A DNA stretch of 63,028 nucleotides, counting the filler, from Collodictyon triciliatum (lineage: Eukaryota): the NCBI GenBank assembly GCA_043381765.1. It is 55 parts of 55 records of this genome, joined end to end, with 100 filler letters (N's around TTAATTAATTAA, not from the genome) between each part and the next. Parts side by side here need not be neighbours in the genome. Positions count along the whole stretch, not along the records: positions 47,120 to 48,163 come from JBHJMP010012551.1; positions 48,264 to 49,309 come from JBHJMP010012552.1; positions 49,410 to 50,453 come from JBHJMP010012553.1; positions 50,554 to 51,597 come from JBHJMP010012554.1; positions 51,698 to 52,741 come from JBHJMP010012555.1; positions 52,842 to 53,888 come from JBHJMP010012556.1; positions 53,989 to 55,031 come from JBHJMP010012557.1; positions 55,132 to 56,176 come from JBHJMP010012558.1; 47 more parts are not named here. The stretch is one strand, 5' to 3'. Under the pieces are notes generated by a model. It saw nothing but the letters and a program-made list of their open reading frames with translations. It made no database searches and had not been told where the DNA came from. Made by a program: the position numbers and the translations under genes. Below are positions 47,506 to 60,844 of this stretch, piece by piece (position 1 is the stretch's first letter; each line of letters starts with the position of its first letter).

Positions 47506-50500
47506 GATTTTATTTTGTGTAGACATTCTTTTATATGCTAGGTTTCTACATATGGTTTGCTTCACGTGTATGTATCCCTGGAGAAATAAGCATGCTTGTC
47601 TAATCTCAGTTTGTAGCCTACAGCCAACTTTGTAACGTTAATAGCGATTCGAAATTCAGTGATGCATTATATCCAACAGCGCATATATTTGGTGACATGT
47701 CTCACGAAGTCACCCCGTTTCTTTATTTGAAAATTACTTGCATTCCTGTGAATGTGTTTCTCTGTCTCTTATGAGATTACTTTCTTTTCCCTCTATGTCA
47801 CCCTCACTAGTTGTATTTTTTTTATTCGACTTTTTTTTTTTTGTTTACCAACCACGATATCTAAAGCCACAAAAGCAAATTTTTCCCTGATTGTCTTCCA
47901 CAGCTCACAAATTTATTTCCTCATAAGCCTTTGCCAAAAGCAAATGTACTATGCTTAGTCCTTTCCAGAATGATATGACATTTAAAAAGCTCATTGAAGT
48001 ATGAACAACATATTGATAATGCATGGACGAGATATTGGTTTTGTTGCACACGTCCTTGATGCTTAATGGATTATTTGGTTATGTATTGGTCTTGCTGCTT
48101 CATTTGAACGGTACGTATCAAGGTTGTCCTGTGTCTATTTGCCACTCTTTTCTTTTTTGCTTGNNNNNNNNNNNNNNNNNNNNNNNNNNNNNNNNNNNNN
48201 NNNNNNNTTAATTAATTAANNNNNNNNNNNNNNNNNNNNNNNNNNNNNNNNNNNNNNNNNNNNCGCAACGCTTTTAATTATGAAGCGATATGGTACAAGC
48301 TTTAAAATGCCTTGTCCTTTGTGCAATACTTTTTCGCATGGGACAGTTGACGACATCCTTGGCTTTCGGTTAACAAATGGCACTTTTTCTGTATTGCTAT
48401 TGATACAGCATGTTCATCCGGTTGCAAAGCTGTCTGCAATCTACTTGCATCGTATCTTGTGTTTTCAAGTCTCTTGAGTTTGAAAGGTCAAAGTGTCTCA
48501 TAACTTCTGCTTCAACATGTAAATCACAAACACGGTCTCATTCACGAATAAATCAGGTGGTTACCCTTTGGTCAGTTTTTGTCTCTCAATTTTATAATAG
48601 TCAGCTATTTCCTGCCATCTAGTCCTTTCAAATTGGCCATGAGCCAAAATAAATAATAAAATGCTTACCATTTCGATTGAATGTCAAATCACCCACAATA
48701 TTCAAATAAGCTATCAGAGATGAAGCCTGCTGCTTTTGTAATGCTCGATGCGAATGCACATGCCTTTCACTGAGCTGCACAACATATGTGCTTTCTTCAC
48801 CTCGGCATTGTTCAAAGTATATCTAAATCGCCCTGCATTGTGACACAACTTGAGAACCATATTAAAAGAGCACAAAGTCCATCGCTTGACATGTTACTTC
48901 GTCTGCTGGAAAAGGTCTCTTGCCAATTTTATTTTACAGATGATAAACGGATGAAAATAAGGTGGTAGCCGCACAAAACTACAAACAGTACATCGGTTTA
49001 ATATGGAACTCTAAACATCCCCACCCGTTCAACTTCAATCCCTAATCCCTGAAACCTTTCCTCGCTTGTTTGCTTCGCCTCTTCTCGGAATTGCAGTAGC
49101 TTCGGTATGCTTCTATCTCTGCCTCCTAGAACACTTCTCAAATCGGCGTCGTGGAAAAGGACATATCTTTCGTGTAATGCGAGAGCTTCTCCGTACTTCT
49201 GTCCATATTGACTCGATGCGTTATAACAACAAATAAGCGCCTACAAGTTTAGAAAAAAAGTGTCACTCCCGCTGATTGAACATCGGATATCTCTCATAAA
49301 TACTGTATGNNNNNNNNNNNNNNNNNNNNNNNNNNNNNNNNNNNNNNNNNNNNTTAATTAATTAANNNNNNNNNNNNNNNNNNNNNNNNNNNNNNNNNNN
49401 NNNNNNNNNTTTTAAGCCACTCAGCTACTCTGCGCTTTGGCTGGAAAACATGTATTCTCGACAGATCTCTGCCTCTCAGAAGCGTTTATTTTTTTCATTT
49501 CATTTCATTTCTATTTTTTGTATGCTAGTTTAACTGCAGACAAGTGGAGGCTTTGTTGAGTCACGAAAATAAAACCGGATTATGAAATATAACCTAATAC
49601 CAATCTCAGGGCAAAATAAGAGTAAAAAACGAACTCATGCTTTTCCCATTTTTTTCTAACAACCCTGAGAACTCTATCCTTTTCGCATCTATCGCGCCTT
49701 TTTTTCTGTGTTGAGGGGACTCCACTTAGTGAGTTAGATAGTTCGACATGTTGCGAGCGAAAGTCCAATAGCTGTATCCTCTTTGATGCACTGCAGCCTG
49801 CTCATTGCGAGGAGAAAAAAGAGGAAAAGCGCATAAAAAGCGATGTGCACATTAATTACCACTTTTGAATCATCGATTATCTAGCAGAATCAAAACCAGT
49901 CGCGTTGAGTATTATATAGAGCAGCCGAAGTTAGGGAAGAGACTCACGTGTATATCGAACTTCAAAGTTTCATGTCATATCTGCTCGCGCTTTCATACAA
50001 GTTACCACTTCACCAAACTTAGCTGCGTTTAAAGCGAAAAGTGTCATATTCCTAGTTATTTACTTGAACGCAGAAGACGAAGACACAAAATGTCGTATTG
50101 AAATTGTTAGGGAATGAAGACCTTGCTGATTCTCTTGCGTTGTTTTGTTTTCAAGTAGGGAATGCTTTCAACCGAAAACAAAGAACCAACACTATACCAA
50201 TCATATGCTCTGCTTCTCTTTGGGGCTGTTGTATCGCTCTGTGCGTCTCAGAGACTTTTCGTGTGCTCTGTTTGCTGCTCAACAAGTATCTTGTCTTGCT
50301 CTTAGCTCTCTGTATCTTCCAAGGACAAAGCTCTTTCTTTCTTGCAAGACTGTTTGAATAAAAAGATATTGATGGCTTGTTCATCCTGACTTGGAAAATA
50401 TCGTGAATCCTAAGCAAAGTCCCAATAGTTGCCAGAATCGTGTTGAAGTATATNNNNNNNNNNNNNNNNNNNNNNNNNNNNNNNNNNNNNNNNNNNNTTA

Positions 50501-51697
50501 ATTAATTAANNNNNNNNNNNNNNNNNNNNNNNNNNNNNNNNNNNNNNNNNNNNTTGTTTCTTTGTTTCTTTGTTTCTTTGTTTCTTTGTTTCTTTGTTTC
50601 TTTGTTTCTTTGTTTCTTTGTTTCTTTGTTTCTTTGTTTCTTTGTTTCTTTGTTGATACGCATGTTATTTTTGATTAACACCCGTGGTCCAACATTCATC
50701 TGCACCCACTAACCGTGCCAACAAAATAAATACCTTTTTGAAACAAAAGGTCACCCCGCCCATTTTTAAGGCACTTCATTTGCATGACACGGGTATGAAT
50801 CATACGGAATACCTTTTATTTGCATGGCTAGTAAGCAACTCCCGACCGATTTTCAGAATGTTAAAAGAGAGAGAAAGGAATGCTCTCATGCGCACCCACC
50901 ATGTTGAAACTAGCTCTGATGCTGGCATTGGGAACAAGTCCGACTTTGGCGGAGATTACTAACGGATATCGTACGCGCCAGCGCAGAAAGAGAATGGCGA
51001 TCCTTTGCATACTTTATTGATTTTGACTGTCTTGGGGTTGTTTGGCTTTTCTTGATTTGTTCGGCATAGCTTCCTTTTATGTTTCTTGTTTCTTGTATTT
51101 TGGAGAATACGTGCGGTGTTAATTACGTTTGTGTACTCTGTCTTCCCAATAAGCCAAGTATACAAAGAAATTTTTATTGATGCCAGATAATAGCCCAAAA
51201 ATGCATATGTAACTATATTTAGATCGATTGAAAATATAAAATATATATTCCAATTATGATATATTCGTTTCACACCAAATGCAAATCGGCTAATTTCTGC
51301 GAATTTTCCATTTCTCGAATTCGCTTCCTGTGCCCATGGCAAGCAAACGCGAAGGGAATGTCTACAAACGTCCCGCTGGAGAAATGGATTACTTCGACGA
51401 GGGAACGTGAAAGGGAGGCTCGTTCACCCGGCTTGAGGGATCAATCAAGCAAATAGAAAAAAACAAAAAACAAAAAACAAAAAACAAAAAACAAAAAACA
51501 AAAAACAAAAAGCAAAAAGCAAAAAGCAAAAAGCAAAAAGCAAAAAGCAAAAAGCAAAAAGCAAAAAGCAAAAAGCAAAAAGCAAAAAGCAAAAAGCNNN
51601 NNNNNNNNNNNNNNNNNNNNNNNNNNNNNNNNNNNNNNNNNTTAATTAATTAANNNNNNNNNNNNNNNNNNNNNNNNNNNNNNNNNNNNNNNNNNNN

Positions 51698-51790
<93 letters not shown>

Positions 51791-51968
51791 AAGAAAAAAA
51801 GAAGAAAAAAAGAAGAAAAAAAGAAGAAAAAAAGAAGAAAAAAAGAAGAAAAAGTAATCCTCACTTGGGCAGTTCCTCTCCGCAGTCTTTTTCCCGCAGG
51901 TCAGATCATACTCAACAACAAGTGACATTCAGCCAAGCCAAGCACCGCATAAAAGCCAAGAAGCTAAG

Positions 51969-52601
51969 ATGGGAAAGCTCGACCTTGACCTTGCCATGGA
52001 AGCGTGGCGCGATGTGGACTGGGTTGTGCGCATCAACCAGACGCACGAGTTTCTCACCTCCACGAAGCTCAAATCCTCGTCCCGCCACCACATCGTGGAG
52101 TCCACCGACGCAATCACCATAGTCTACTTCGTCCCCAGCGAGTGTTTCGTCCCAGAAGATCACCAGCCGGACAGCGATCTCTCTTCGGATCCAATGCACG
52201 ACGCGCCCAACCAAGCAGACTTGCAGAGTCCGAGTCCGTCCCGGTTCTTGCGAGGCAACTGGACGGGAAACCCGCAAACAGCCGACCTTTCTGGGTCTCA
52301 TTCCGAGCCCGAGGTGCCGAGCTTCCAAGTTGGCAACAGGCTGATTCCTTATCCAAGCGAGGCTGTTGTTGTGGACTTGTATGCCGTGCACATGTATTCT
52401 CATGTGCATGTAAAGAGCCGCTCCATTCCACTACAAGGCGGCCGGGCTTCTTTTGAGGACGCTACCATCGAGCCCAATCACCATGTGTGCACAGTTCGCA
52501 TCCACTTGCATCGAAACGAGGTTATCTCTGCCATGAAGGGTGAGCAGCTTCCTCCGGTAGTTCCTCACTTGGATGTATCTGAGATTCTTACACATGATGA
52601 G
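51969..52601 (+). CDS. Long exon of a hypothetical protein
   Basis: More than 200 open codons with coding-like composition, ending at a GAG|GTGTGT donor before AT-rich sequence. Confidence 0.55.
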
Positions 52602-52700
52602 GTGTGTCCTTTATATATTTGAGAATTTTTATGGCACCCATTATTGTATTTTTATGTTAACCAAAAAACAAAAAAACAAAAAAACAAAAAAACAAAAAAA

Positions 52701-52741
<41 letters not shown>

Positions 52742-54272
52742 NNNNNNNNNNNNNNNNNNNNNNNNNNNNNNNNNNNNNNNNNNNNTTAATTAATTAANNN
52801 NNNNNNNNNNNNNNNNNNNNNNNNNNNNNNNNNNNNNNNNNCAGATGTCCTCCCACCAGAGGAGTGCATCTGCATCTGTGTCTGTGTTCCAAAGACCCAC
52901 CTCCACGGCCGCCCACACGCCGGAGCAGACTGGAACAAAGCGGGAGCGCACCCTCAACAGCAACGAGAGTACCCACTCCAACGAGCACAAGTATCGTGAA
53001 GGCATGTTTTCCAACCACATCCGTACACGCGGTCAGTCTCTCACCGACGTTGTCTCGCCCGTGGTCAAGCTGAACATGCCGCACAGAGAAGCTGCCACAA
53101 CCACGCAGCCACGCAAGAATCAGGATTCGCCCTGCAGGCAGGGGAGTCCGCCATACGCAAGTGAAGCCGGTAACTACGAACCGGACCAGCCACACGGCGA
53201 CACAAAGGCCACGGACGTGTCTGTGGAGGAGGGTTACGCCTCCGCCTCTTCCTTTTAATTCGCCCAGTGTGGCCCGGCGCTCTGCCTATGAGCGCATTGG
53301 GGGACTAACGTTCCCCATCTTGAAGGGTGGCTCAAAGAATCTTTCTTTCCCTTCGCCCCGGAGGATTTGCGATATATTTGGTTTTTAGACACATATCGAC
53401 CTTGGCAGCTCCCTCAGTCATTCAGGACCGATTCCTGAAGATGCCATTCAAGAGGGAGGGGAAATGTCGCTCACTTTCACAACCCGTCGAGTGTCAAAAC
53501 AATTTGAAACCAAACATCCTTTCGTGGATACCTCGCATCAGTCCTGACCTCCTCTATGGGTATACCGACCATCATACCCATACCCTACCCCAAACGAACC
53601 CATTAACAGACTCCCTGAGCCGGGAGACTGCAGGCAGCTAACACCTCATGACACGTGAGTCCTAAATAGCTGACCAAATCCACTTGCAAGACCTGCGGTA
53701 ACAAAGCCAAAACTCCCGACCTTGGTTGAGAGAGACACCAGGGAGTGGAAGCTTATAGCCACAGGTTTTTTGCAAGCAAGAGGGAGAAATCCCTTCGACA
53801 ACCCCTACTGAAAAGACCCTAATACGGTCTGGAAGGAGGTGAGTCAACCATGCAGAGAAGTCCTCTTTGCACTCGACCTAGTGCTTATNNNNNNNNNNNN
53901 NNNNNNNNNNNNNNNNNNNNNNNNNNNNNNNNTTAATTAATTAANNNNNNNNNNNNNNNNNNNNNNNNNNNNNNNNNNNNNNNNNNNNCCGGTGAATTTC
54001 CAAGGAAGCACAAGCACACAAGTTCTGCACAAGTCGTCTTCTCTGAAAAATCCGCCGGCCTTTGCGGGATATTTAATGTCGTCTTGTTGAAATCCTTACT
54101 TCTCTTTTTTTATTCACAAAGTACTTTCTGATCTCTGTGTGCACAACCCTACCATTCTGACTCGAGTTATTCTGACCTGTGTGATTGTCAAGTCCACTTA
54201 TAAAACAAATAAATGATGTGTATTGTATTGACACCTAGCCAGTCTACCCATATATACACAGAATTTGTCCAG

Positions 54273-55031
54273 ATGTCTGACTATCTCACACCTGCCCAAG
54301 TGGATGCGCTTTTGGAAGAAGTCCGGAAACTTTCTTACTTTCCAATTGCTGATATTGCCACTCTAAAAAGCTCCACATATCTGCATCTCTGTTACAAGAA
54401 TCTGTCATCTGTGCCGCCTGGTGTTTTCTTGTTGACTGGTCTGAAAGAATTGGGTCTTAATTCCAATCAGTTGTCATCGCTACCTGCACAAATATCGTGT
54501 TTGACTGGTCTCAGTGTGCTTGATGTTCATAACAATCCGGTATGTTTTTATTCATATATTATATTACTATTTATGTTTAAAAGAAAGTGACTGACAACGA
54601 TACACACAGATGGAGGAGCTTCCAGCACAGATCACAGCGCTCACAAATCTGAAAAGACTACTCATCGAATGGGAGGGCACACAAGCCATAAAGAGAGCCC
54701 CGCGTGGCATCTCAAATCTCCCCTGCTGGAACAACACAGAGAAACCTTGGTCTCAGATGACATTGAACTTTGCCGACACCCTCCGAAAGCTGCAGCTCTA
54801 CGACCCCGTAAGCACACATCCACCCCAACCCCCACATACACAACACAGGACACAACTAACATAACCCTAGGTCGATACCGCAGAAGAAGCTAGAAAAGCT
54901 GAAGAAGCTAAAAAAGCTGAAGAAGCTAAAAGAGCTGAAGAAGCTAAAAAGGCTGAAGAAGCTAGAAAAGCTGAAGAAGCTAAAAAGGCTGAAGAAGCTA
55001 GAAAAGCTGAAGAAGCTAAAAAGGCTGAAGA
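54273..55031 (+). CDS. Leucine-rich repeat protein with (K/R)AEEA(K/R) charged helix repeats; introns 54540-54609 and 54808-54870
   Basis: LTGLKELGLNSNQLSSLPAQISCLTGLSVLDVHNNP/MEELP. Both introns are GT-AG with CTGAC or CTAAC branch sites. An 18-bp coding repeat runs to the contig end. Confidence 0.9.
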
Positions 55032-55131
55032 NNNNNNNNNNNNNNNNNNNNNNNNNNNNNNNNNNNNNNNNNNNNTTAATTAATTAANNNNNNNNNNNNN
55101 NNNNNNNNNNNNNNNNNNNNNNNNNNNNNNN

Positions 55132-56176
55132 CAAATCTATCAATGTTTGTTCTAAGATTATTGTTAAATGCGGGCCGTGCAACTATTGCCTGTGTCTCAG
55201 CACCTACGGCACCGAAATTTACATAGTTCACTCTTGAAGGATATTCAGCTAGCACATTTCGAGTTATTTGCACTTCTCCCGTTCCTTCAGTGGGTAATGC
55301 ATCAAAATCACGTTCTTGACGATATCCTGGTGGCCCTGATTGTGCGGCCCGATTTAGTACACCAATAGTCCTAGACTTTGTCCCTGGTGTCATCGGTTCA
55401 CCAGTTCTATTTATACTCACTCTACTATATTTTTTAGTATTACTACTTTCTCCTTGCATATAATCACTAATATTTTTATTTTCAGTTTGTATATTTTGAC
55501 TCATAGTAGTTGGATATGCACTACCTACACCTATTTCTTGCCTTACAATTTGTGGAGTGCCTACTCGTTGATTTTCAGTTTGTATATTTTGACTCATAGT
55601 AGTTGGATATGCACTACCTACACCTATTTCTTGCCTTACAATTTGTGGAGTGCCTACTCGTTGATTTGCAGTAGCAACATTATATTTATCAAGTAACTCT
55701 GAATAGCCTCCAATTATTTCATCATATTGTTCTGTTAAAGTTGCATTAGCTTCAGTTAATTCCATAATTTGTTCATTAAATGCTTTAATATCTTCATCAT
55801 TTCGTTGAATTCTAATTTCCAGTCCTTCAATTGTTTTTTGTAATTGTTCATTTGTTTTTTGTAATTCAATATTTTTGGCATTTAAATCTACATTGCGGCT
55901 ATCCGTTTGCTGCTTTTCTCTCGTTAACTTTTCATATTGTTCTTTTGCAGTTTCTAAATCTGATCTGAGTCTATTTCTTTCAGCAACTGTTACACTTGTA
56001 TTTCTTTCAAATTCTGCCAATCTTGAATTTGCCGTTACTAATTGTTCATTGAGTGTTTCGGTAGCTTTTTTAATTGCTTCTACATTTTCTGCACCTGTTG
56101 TATTTTGTTGTTTTAAAAGTCTGACATTACTTTCACTACTAGCCAAGTCTCGTTGTAATTGTTCTTTATCTCTCTG
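55132..56176 (-). CDS. Intronless coiled-coil protein fragment (348 codons, open at both ends) with an exact 31-aa duplication; possibly viral
   Basis: Heptad-rich first 190 aa, a 93-bp perfect tandem duplication at 55478-55663, and strongly AT-ending codons. Confidence 0.75.
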
Positions 56177-56518
56177 NNNNNNNNNNNNNNNNNNNNNNNN
56201 NNNNNNNNNNNNNNNNNNNNTTAATTAATTAANNNNNNNNNNNNNNNNNNNNNNNNNNNNNNNNNNNNNNNNNNNNGCAAATGATGATGATGTTGTTTTT
56301 GTTGTTGTTTTTGTTGTTTTCTGGCGAACTTAGCAGCCTGCTGTTTTGTGTGATCGCAAAGCCACTTCCTTATAGCCGGAGCAGGAGACACCAAAAAAAA
56401 AAAAAAAAAATCACGCGGACTCGAGGAAGGCACTTTGCAGGAGAAAAAAAAAGAGTTTACCCCAAGAGAAACTGATCCTGCTGATCTTCTTTAGGCACTT
56501 AAAGCTGCAACAAAAGCG

Positions 56519-56923
56519 ATGGAGTATGTTGACCTTAGGTTTGAAAGCGAAGCAAGCGAGCCCTCAAGCGACGTGGCTATTATCGAGGATCGAACAAACA
56601 GGGCTCAACGTTTCCCTTCACAAGCGAGCATTTCTAACTCGGGAGACTCTGTGTTCCAGACAGAGCCGCCTTTTCGAGATCCTATTGCAAACCCAGGCCA
56701 CGTCTCAGTTGAGAGCCCAGAAGAGTCCGAGGCAGAAACAGAAGGATCGGCAGATGACGACGAGAGCGAAGCTACCACTTGTGTTATTTGCCAGAATCCA
56801 TGGACGAATATCGGAAGGCATCGTGTTGTCAGCCTTCCTTGTGGGCATCTATTTGGCTCTTCTTGCATAGAGATTTGGCTAGGAAAGTCGAAGCCAGGTC
56901 TTTGTCCTACATGCGGCGAACAA
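56519..56923 (+). CDS. RFWD3: RFWD3-like RING E3 ligase, first exon
   Basis: TCVICQNPWTNIGRHRVVSLPCGHLFGSSCIEIWL..CPTC. The WTN.G.HR..L.CGHLFG pattern is characteristic of RFWD3. Confidence 0.8.
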
Positions 56924-57643
56924 GTAGATTTCTTTTCCTATTATTTTTTAAATCTTTATTTGCTTTTTATTGTCATGTTTCCTTCAAAGATTTGCTCATC
57001 TCGATTGCATTTTTTTCCAATTAAAGTTGTAATTTCTATGTGGGGTTGAAACTACGCCATGCATGACTATTTAAAATACAATCTATATTGTTTTCATGAT
57101 TTTACTCTTTCTTTTTTTATTGTTCACTCTTTTATTAATTTAATCCTTTTCTTTTATTTTCCTTTTATTCTTTTATTCTTTTATTCTTTTATTCTTTTAT
57201 TCTTTTATTCTTTTATTCTTTTATTCTTTTATTCTTTTATTCTTTTATTCTTTTATTCTTTTATTCTTTTATTCTTTTATTCTTTTATTCTTTTATTCTT
57301 TTATTCTTTTATTCTTTTNNNNNNNNNNNNNNNNNNNNNNNNNNNNNNNNNNNNNNNNNNNNTTAATTAATTAANNNNNNNNNNNNNNNNNNNNNNNNNN
57401 NNNNNNNNNNNNNNNNNNAAGAGAAAGAGAAAGAGAAAGAGAAAGAGAAAGAGAAAGAGAAAGAGAAAGAGAAAGAGAAAGAGAAAGAGAAAGAGAAAGA
57501 GAAAGAGAAAGAGAAAAGAAAAAAAGAAAAAAAGAAAAAAAGAAAAAAAGAAAAAAAGAAAAAAAGAAAAAAAGAAAAAAGAAAAAAGAAAAAAAGAAAA
57601 AAAGAAAAAAGAAAAAAAGAAAAAGAAAAAAGAATCTTATCAC

Positions 57644-58212
57644 CTTTGATTTCCAAAGAGCCAAACCAGCATGGGCTGCCATGGATTGCAGAAAGGTTTC
57701 ATCCTCGCGGTGAAAAATTCCAAACTGCTTGTTGAGAGTCTGAATAACTGCCAAAATTTGGCCACTAAAGAGCGATTGGAAATAAATTTTTCTGAATCAG
57801 TCTCAAACACTTTAAAAAGTAATTCAAAAGAGAGGTGATAATTATTTAATCAATTAAAAACAGAAAAGGGGCTATCATTTTTTTCCAGTTGGGTATATCT
57901 GTATTTTTTTTTCCTTTATTCGATTCAAAGAGTTGGGTATATCTGTATATTTATTTGACCTTGGTGCACGAACAGGAACGCAAAGAATGGAACGGGTTCT
58001 GAATCCTGTAGCTTTGTCTGTTGCAGGGTCAAAACGCTCATCGTCGTAGGCGCTGAAGGGTTTAAGTCAATATCCAACCTTTTTTATGTTTGCATATTAT
58101 TCTATGTAAGGTATATCAGCAGGAATTCACTTCACAATAATATCTATGTGTGTAACACGCACTTTGGGATGTTGACCACTTCCCCTGTCCTGGAAACATG
58201 ACCGACGATACC
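57644..58212 (-). CDS. GAF-domain protein (PDE/cyclase-type), three exons
   Basis: [16 protein letters not shown] / [27 protein letters not shown] / [16 protein letters not shown] (NKFDE motif). Confidence 0.92.
57887..57948 (-). mobile_element. 26-nt poly(A)-tailed micro-insertion (57905-57930) with perfect 18-bp TSD, inside a GAF-gene intron
   Basis: agttgggtatatctgtat [T8-cctttattcgattcaaag] agttgggtatatctgtat. Confidence 0.85.
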
Positions 58213-58562
58213 CTAAGAGTTCATATGATGAGAAGAGAAAATTGGTTGGATAAACCGAGCTCGTACGATAACGAAATGGTTGCATAAAATGAAGAATACA
58301 CTTTTTTTTTAAAAAATAACAATCAAATAAACAAGTAAACAGACAATTAAACGAATAAGCGAATAAACGAATAAACGAATAAACGAATAAACGAATAAAC
58401 GAATAAACGAATAAACGAATAAACGAATAAACGAATAAACGAATAAACGAATAAACGAATNNNNNNNNNNNNNNNNNNNNNNNNNNNNNNNNNNNNNNNN
58501 NNNNTTAATTAATTAANNNNNNNNNNNNNNNNNNNNNNNNNNNNNNNNNNNNNNNNNNNNAT

Positions 58563-58653
<91 letters not shown>

Positions 58654-58789
58654 TTGAAGTCTGCAAAGTCAAAGACATTCAAGTAGGCATATAATTTTTA
58701 CGATAGTTGGACTTCTGATCAGGAGATACGGCAAATATGAAAGAAAACATGTAATTCAGATAGTGAAAATGAAACTATTTCATTCTCAC

Positions 58790-59404
58790 CTTGTATCCAC
58801 TCTCGAGAATAATTTTTCCTTCTGGAGTTAAACACGGAAGTGTGCACTGCTCGAAAAACTTGAGGTCAGCCCCATCCAGCCCGAAGCAGTTTGATTCTCG
58901 GTGGAACTTTTCCACAATTTCTGTTTGCCCAGGCGAGGTCATAATATAGAGGGGTATCGACCCTGTAGGCTCTATGAAAAAAGAAAAACCAAAGAGAGAC
59001 ATGAGCCATCGACTACATGAGCGGAAGTTTTGAAGGAAACTGACAAAACGAATATCTGTATCAATAAAGTAATCTATTTTAAATTTTTGCTTCGTGAGTT
59101 GTAAGTAAATGTCGCACTAACCAGTTCTAGAGTGAGTCTTTTTGTAATATGCGATGGCCAGCTCCCGCAATTTTACTATCCGCTCTGCTTGTATTTGGAA
59201 CAGAGATTTCCCAGAGGGCAGCCCAACATCTTTCAGATTTTTAAAGTGAAAGGATGATTAAATTATGCTTTCATGTCGTTATGAATAATATATCTGAAAA
59301 CTTTCAGGCTAAAAGCAATGTTCGTCAGATAATTTATTTCAGAACATACGAATACCGACATACCTAGCATTCCTTTCGGAAACCCGACTCCAAGTCGTGT
59401 TGCC
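58790..59404 (-). CDS. UAP1: UDP-N-acetylglucosamine pyrophosphorylase fragment, three exons
   Basis: [13 protein letters not shown] / [18 protein letters not shown] / [30 protein letters not shown]. Confidence 0.93.
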
Positions 59405-59518
59405 TTTTCATTACATGTTTGTAGAAATAAGAAGAAGAAAAAACACAGATGAAACGAAATATTTTCGTCGGATTTTTTTTCAACTTTCATGCAAACCCAT
59501 GAAACAAAGAGGATATTA

Positions 59519-59578
<60 letters not shown>

Positions 59579-60049
59579 AACCACACCCACACACACACAC
59601 ACNNNNNNNNNNNNNNNNNNNNNNNNNNNNNNNNNNNNNNNNNNNNTTAATTAATTAANNNNNNNNNNNNNNNNNNNNNNNNNNNNNNNNNNNNNNNNNN
59701 NNAAAAAAAAGAAAACAAAAGAAAACAAAAGAAAACAAAAGAAAACAAAAGAAAACAAAAGAAAACAAAAGAAAACAAAAGAAAACAAAAGAAAACAAAA
59801 GAAAACAAAAGAAAACATAAGAAAACATAAGAAAACATAAGAAAACATAAGAAAACATAAGAAAACATAAGAAAACATAAGAAAACATAAGATAACATAA
59901 GAAAACATAAGAAAACATAAGAAAACATAAGAAAACATAAGAAAACATAAGAAAACATAAGAAAACAAAAGAAAACAAAAGAAAACAAAAGAAAACGAAA
60001 GAAAAATATAGAAATCCAAGGTGTCAACAAACAAGGTGGATATGAATAC

Positions 60050-60475
60050 GAACTTTCTACAAGGTAAATTCTCAGCCTTAGCAGGGCGCATATTTTTTGT
60101 GTTGATAGATTGCATAGCTCCTAGGGTATTGCGAACGACAGCAACACTCCCGTGGAGATGTAGTTCAACGACGTTCTCACCAGTAACGCTGTTTGGTTCT
60201 AAAAAGATATATATTGAAATAATGGCTCATCATAATTCACATTTATCGTGATGAAAAATGATCAATTATGGAAACAAAATCACCTCGCCGTACATGAGTA
60301 TATTTTCAAATAAAACATCAGAAATATGCATGAAGTAAACATACTTTTCGAGCTTCTTGACCGGAAATACGGATTACAGCCACGCCACTTCTTCCTTGGG
60401 GCGTTGAGAGCGCATATATAGTGTCTTTCTGCTCGAAAAACGGTTCATAGTGGGCGAGAATTTTTTTTCCGAATC
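60050..60475 (-). pseudogene. MnmE/TrmE (GTPBP3/MSS1)-like tRNA-modification GTPase N-terminal fragment, apparently incomplete
   Basis: DTIYALSTPQGRSGVAVIRISG, then PNSVTGENVVELHLHGSVAVV..MRPA. The intervening ~35 residues are missing and the GEFTRRAF motif is degenerate. Confidence 0.7.
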
Positions 60476-60844
60476 TATGTTTTCAAAACTTGTGGAAACT
60501 TGCTTCTCCACTTCATTAATGTTGAAGAAAACCGTATCTCTTTTAACTTTTTTTTTGAAAAAGGCGAGTGAATATAAGAAAAAAAAGGAAAAGAAAAGAG
60601 AGAAAAGAGAAAAAAAGAGAAAAAAAAGAGAAAAAAAAGAGAAAAAAAAGAGAAAAAAAAGAGAAAAAAGAAAAGAAAAAGAAAAAGAAAAAGAAAAAGA
60701 AAAAGAAAAAGAAAAAGAAAAAGAAAAAGAAAAAGAAAAGAAAANNNNNNNNNNNNNNNNNNNNNNNNNNNNNNNNNNNNNNNNNNNNTTAATTAATTAA
60801 NNNNNNNNNNNNNNNNNNNNNNNNNNNNNNNNNNNNNNNNNNNN

